Source: an uncultured virus (IMG/VR IMGVR_UViG_3300021400_004213) (lineage: Duplodnaviria > Heunggongvirae > Uroviricota > Caudoviricetes). Taken from it: 64,000 nucleotides of DNA. Shown one piece after another: positions 62,466 to 64,000 of this stretch. Position 1 is the first letter of the stretch. The number at the start of each line of letters is the position of its first letter. The stretch is from IMG/VR virus record IMGVR_UViG_3300021400_004213. One strand, written 5' to 3'. The notes below the pieces were generated by a model that did no database searches, was not told where the DNA came from, and saw only the letters and a program-made list of their open reading frames with translations. Made by a program: the position numbers and the translations under genes.

Positions 62466-63893
62466 ATGCAAACAAATCAAATGAAGATACCTCTTCATGA
62501 TTATCAAATCTATGCAAAAGATTTTGTACTCCAACATCCATATTGTGGTCTGTTCTTAAAAATGGGTCTCGGCAAAACAAGTATTGTCCTCGAAGCCTTA
62601 TGGGAATTAAATCCCACCGAACATGTCCTCGTTGTTGCCCCTAAGACCATTGCCCGATGTACATGGGTCAATGAAATTGACAAATGGCAAATGCCATTCC
62701 GTACGCAATCACTGGTTGTAAACGAACGTGGCAAACAACTGACACGAAAGAAACGTGACGAAATTTACGATACGATTTCTTCTGCACCACCCACGGTGTA
62801 TTTCATAAACCGAGAGATGATAAATGACTTATATAAACGCTTTCCAAGCACCAAGAAGTCAAACATCTGGCCGTTTAGAACCATTATCATTGACGAAAGT
62901 CAATCTTTCAAATCGTATAACTCAGTTCGTTTCAAAACGATGAAAAAGATCAGACCTTGGGTTTCTCGTATCGTTCTACTCACGGGCTCCCCTGCCCCCA
63001 AAAGTCTTGAAGACTTATGGGCACAAATCTGGATCCTTGACATGGGCAGACGATTAGAAACAACCATCACGAAATATCGTGAACGGTATTTCAATCCAGG
63101 GATAATCGTAAACAATTACCCTGTAAGTTGGAAACCAAAGTGGGGTGCTGAAGATGAAATCTACGATAAAATCTCTGATATCGTAATTTCCATGAAAAAT
63201 AAATACATTCAGCTACCACCACTAACATTTAACCCTGTTACTGTGACAATGGATGACGAAGCGCAAGCTCGTTACAAAACACTCATGAAAGAGAGTGTAC
63301 TGGAAATCAACGGTGAAACCATTGAAGCCGTTAATGCTGCCGTCTTATCAGCAAAGCTGTCACAGATGGCAAGCGGTGCAATTTACACCAACGCAAAAAC
63401 GGTAACTTATGAAACTATTCACACAAGCAAAGCTGAAATGTGTGAATATATCATCAATAATACGCCTGACAACGTCATTATTGCATATCATTTCAAAAGT
63501 GACCGAGAGATGATTATCAATCATCTAAGCAGCGTCGGAATTACCGCTATAGACTTTGACGGATCGCCAGAAATGGAACGAGCATGGAACGAAAAGAAAA
63601 TTCCTGTGCTACTCCTCCAACCCGCATCCTGTGGACACGGCTTGAATCTTCAAGAAGGAGGACATACCTTAATCTGGTATACGCTTCCATGGTCACTTGA
63701 ACACTACGAGCAAACAAATGCTCGTATTTATAGACAAGGACAAACAGAACCTGTGATTATCCATCAATTACTTACCAAAGGAACGATTGATACTCGCATC
63801 CTGAAGGCTCTCAGACTCAAAGACATGAGTCAAGAAAGACTCATTGCGGCTGTTGAAGCAACTGTAAATAACGAACCAGACGAAACAATATAA
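62466..63893 (+). CDS. SNF2-family (phage-type) helicase
   Basis: 'LHDYQ', 'MGLGKT', 'IIDES', 'LTGSP', 'GHGLNLQ' and 'Q..ARIYRQGQ' motifs. Confidence 0.92.
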   Translation: MQTNQMKIPLHDYQIYAKDFVLQHPYCGLFLKMGLGKTSIVLEALWELNPTEHVLVVAPKTIARCTWVNEIDKWQMPFRTQSLVVNERGKQLTRKKRDEIYDTISSAPPTVYFINREMINDLYKRFPSTKKSNIWPFRTIIIDESQSFKSYNSVRFKTMKKIRPWVSRIVLLTGSPAPKSLEDLWAQIWILDMGRRLETTITKYRERYFNPGIIVNNYPVSWKPKWGAEDEIYDKISDIVISMKNKYIQLPPLTFNPVTVTMDDEAQARYKTLMKESVLEINGETIEAVNAAVLSAKLSQMASGAIYTNAKTVTYETIHTSKAEMCEYIINNTPDNVIIAYHFKSDREMIINHLSSVGITAIDFDGSPEMERAWNEKKIPVLLLQPASCGHGLNLQEGGHTLIWYTLPWSLEHYEQTNARIYRQGQTEPVIIHQLLTKGTIDTRILKALRLKDMSQERLIAAVEATVNNEPDETI

Positions 63894-63910
63894 TGGAAAG
63901 GAGACGCACT

Positions 63911-64000
63911 ATGGAAATCAAAACCATTAATCGTATTTACGATGATAATGGTGTGGAATGTTGCGAAGGTGACACAGTGTTAATCCAAACACAAACGATG
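63911..64000 (+). CDS. Hypothetical protein (5' fragment, runs off the window)
   Basis: AAGGAG RBS, MEIKTINRIY... Confidence 0.5.
   Translation, partial: MEIKTINRIYDDNGVECCEGDTVLIQTQTM

Overview
A 64-kb piece of a large extrachromosomal element (megaplasmid or jumbo-phage-like) from a low-GC Firmicute. The host assignment rests on sigmaA-like promoters, AAGGAG(G) ribosome-binding sites and intact ORFs in the standard code. No rRNA, tRNA, CRISPR, transposase, virion or relaxase genes were recognised. Layout: (i) 1-14 kb, three large secreted surface proteins on the minus strand (BspA/DUF285-type LRR, Cna-B and FctA/Spy0128-like Ig domains); (ii) 14-34 kb, glyA and many small plus-strand genes, each with its own structured leader and terminator, interrupted by a minus-strand glycosylation cassette; (iii) 34-37 kb and 41.7-43 kb, two related repeat-rich non-coding blocks flanking a recJ-like operon; (iv) 43-64 kb, a plus-strand replication and accessory arm (SF3 helicase, family-B-like DNA polymerase, VRR-NUC, HflK/HflC, tyrosine recombinase, ClpP, nucleotidyltransferase plus Thg1-like protein, SNF2 helicase). 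Best novelty candidates: (1) anchorless adhesins carrying complementary halves of a split isopeptide-type Ig domain, suggesting head-to-tail self-assembly; (2) repeated structured leaders with compensatory base changes in front of small genes; (3) a precisely phased TGTCACAC-N13-GTGTGACA array upstream of the helicase. All family calls come from motif recognition by eye, not database searches.
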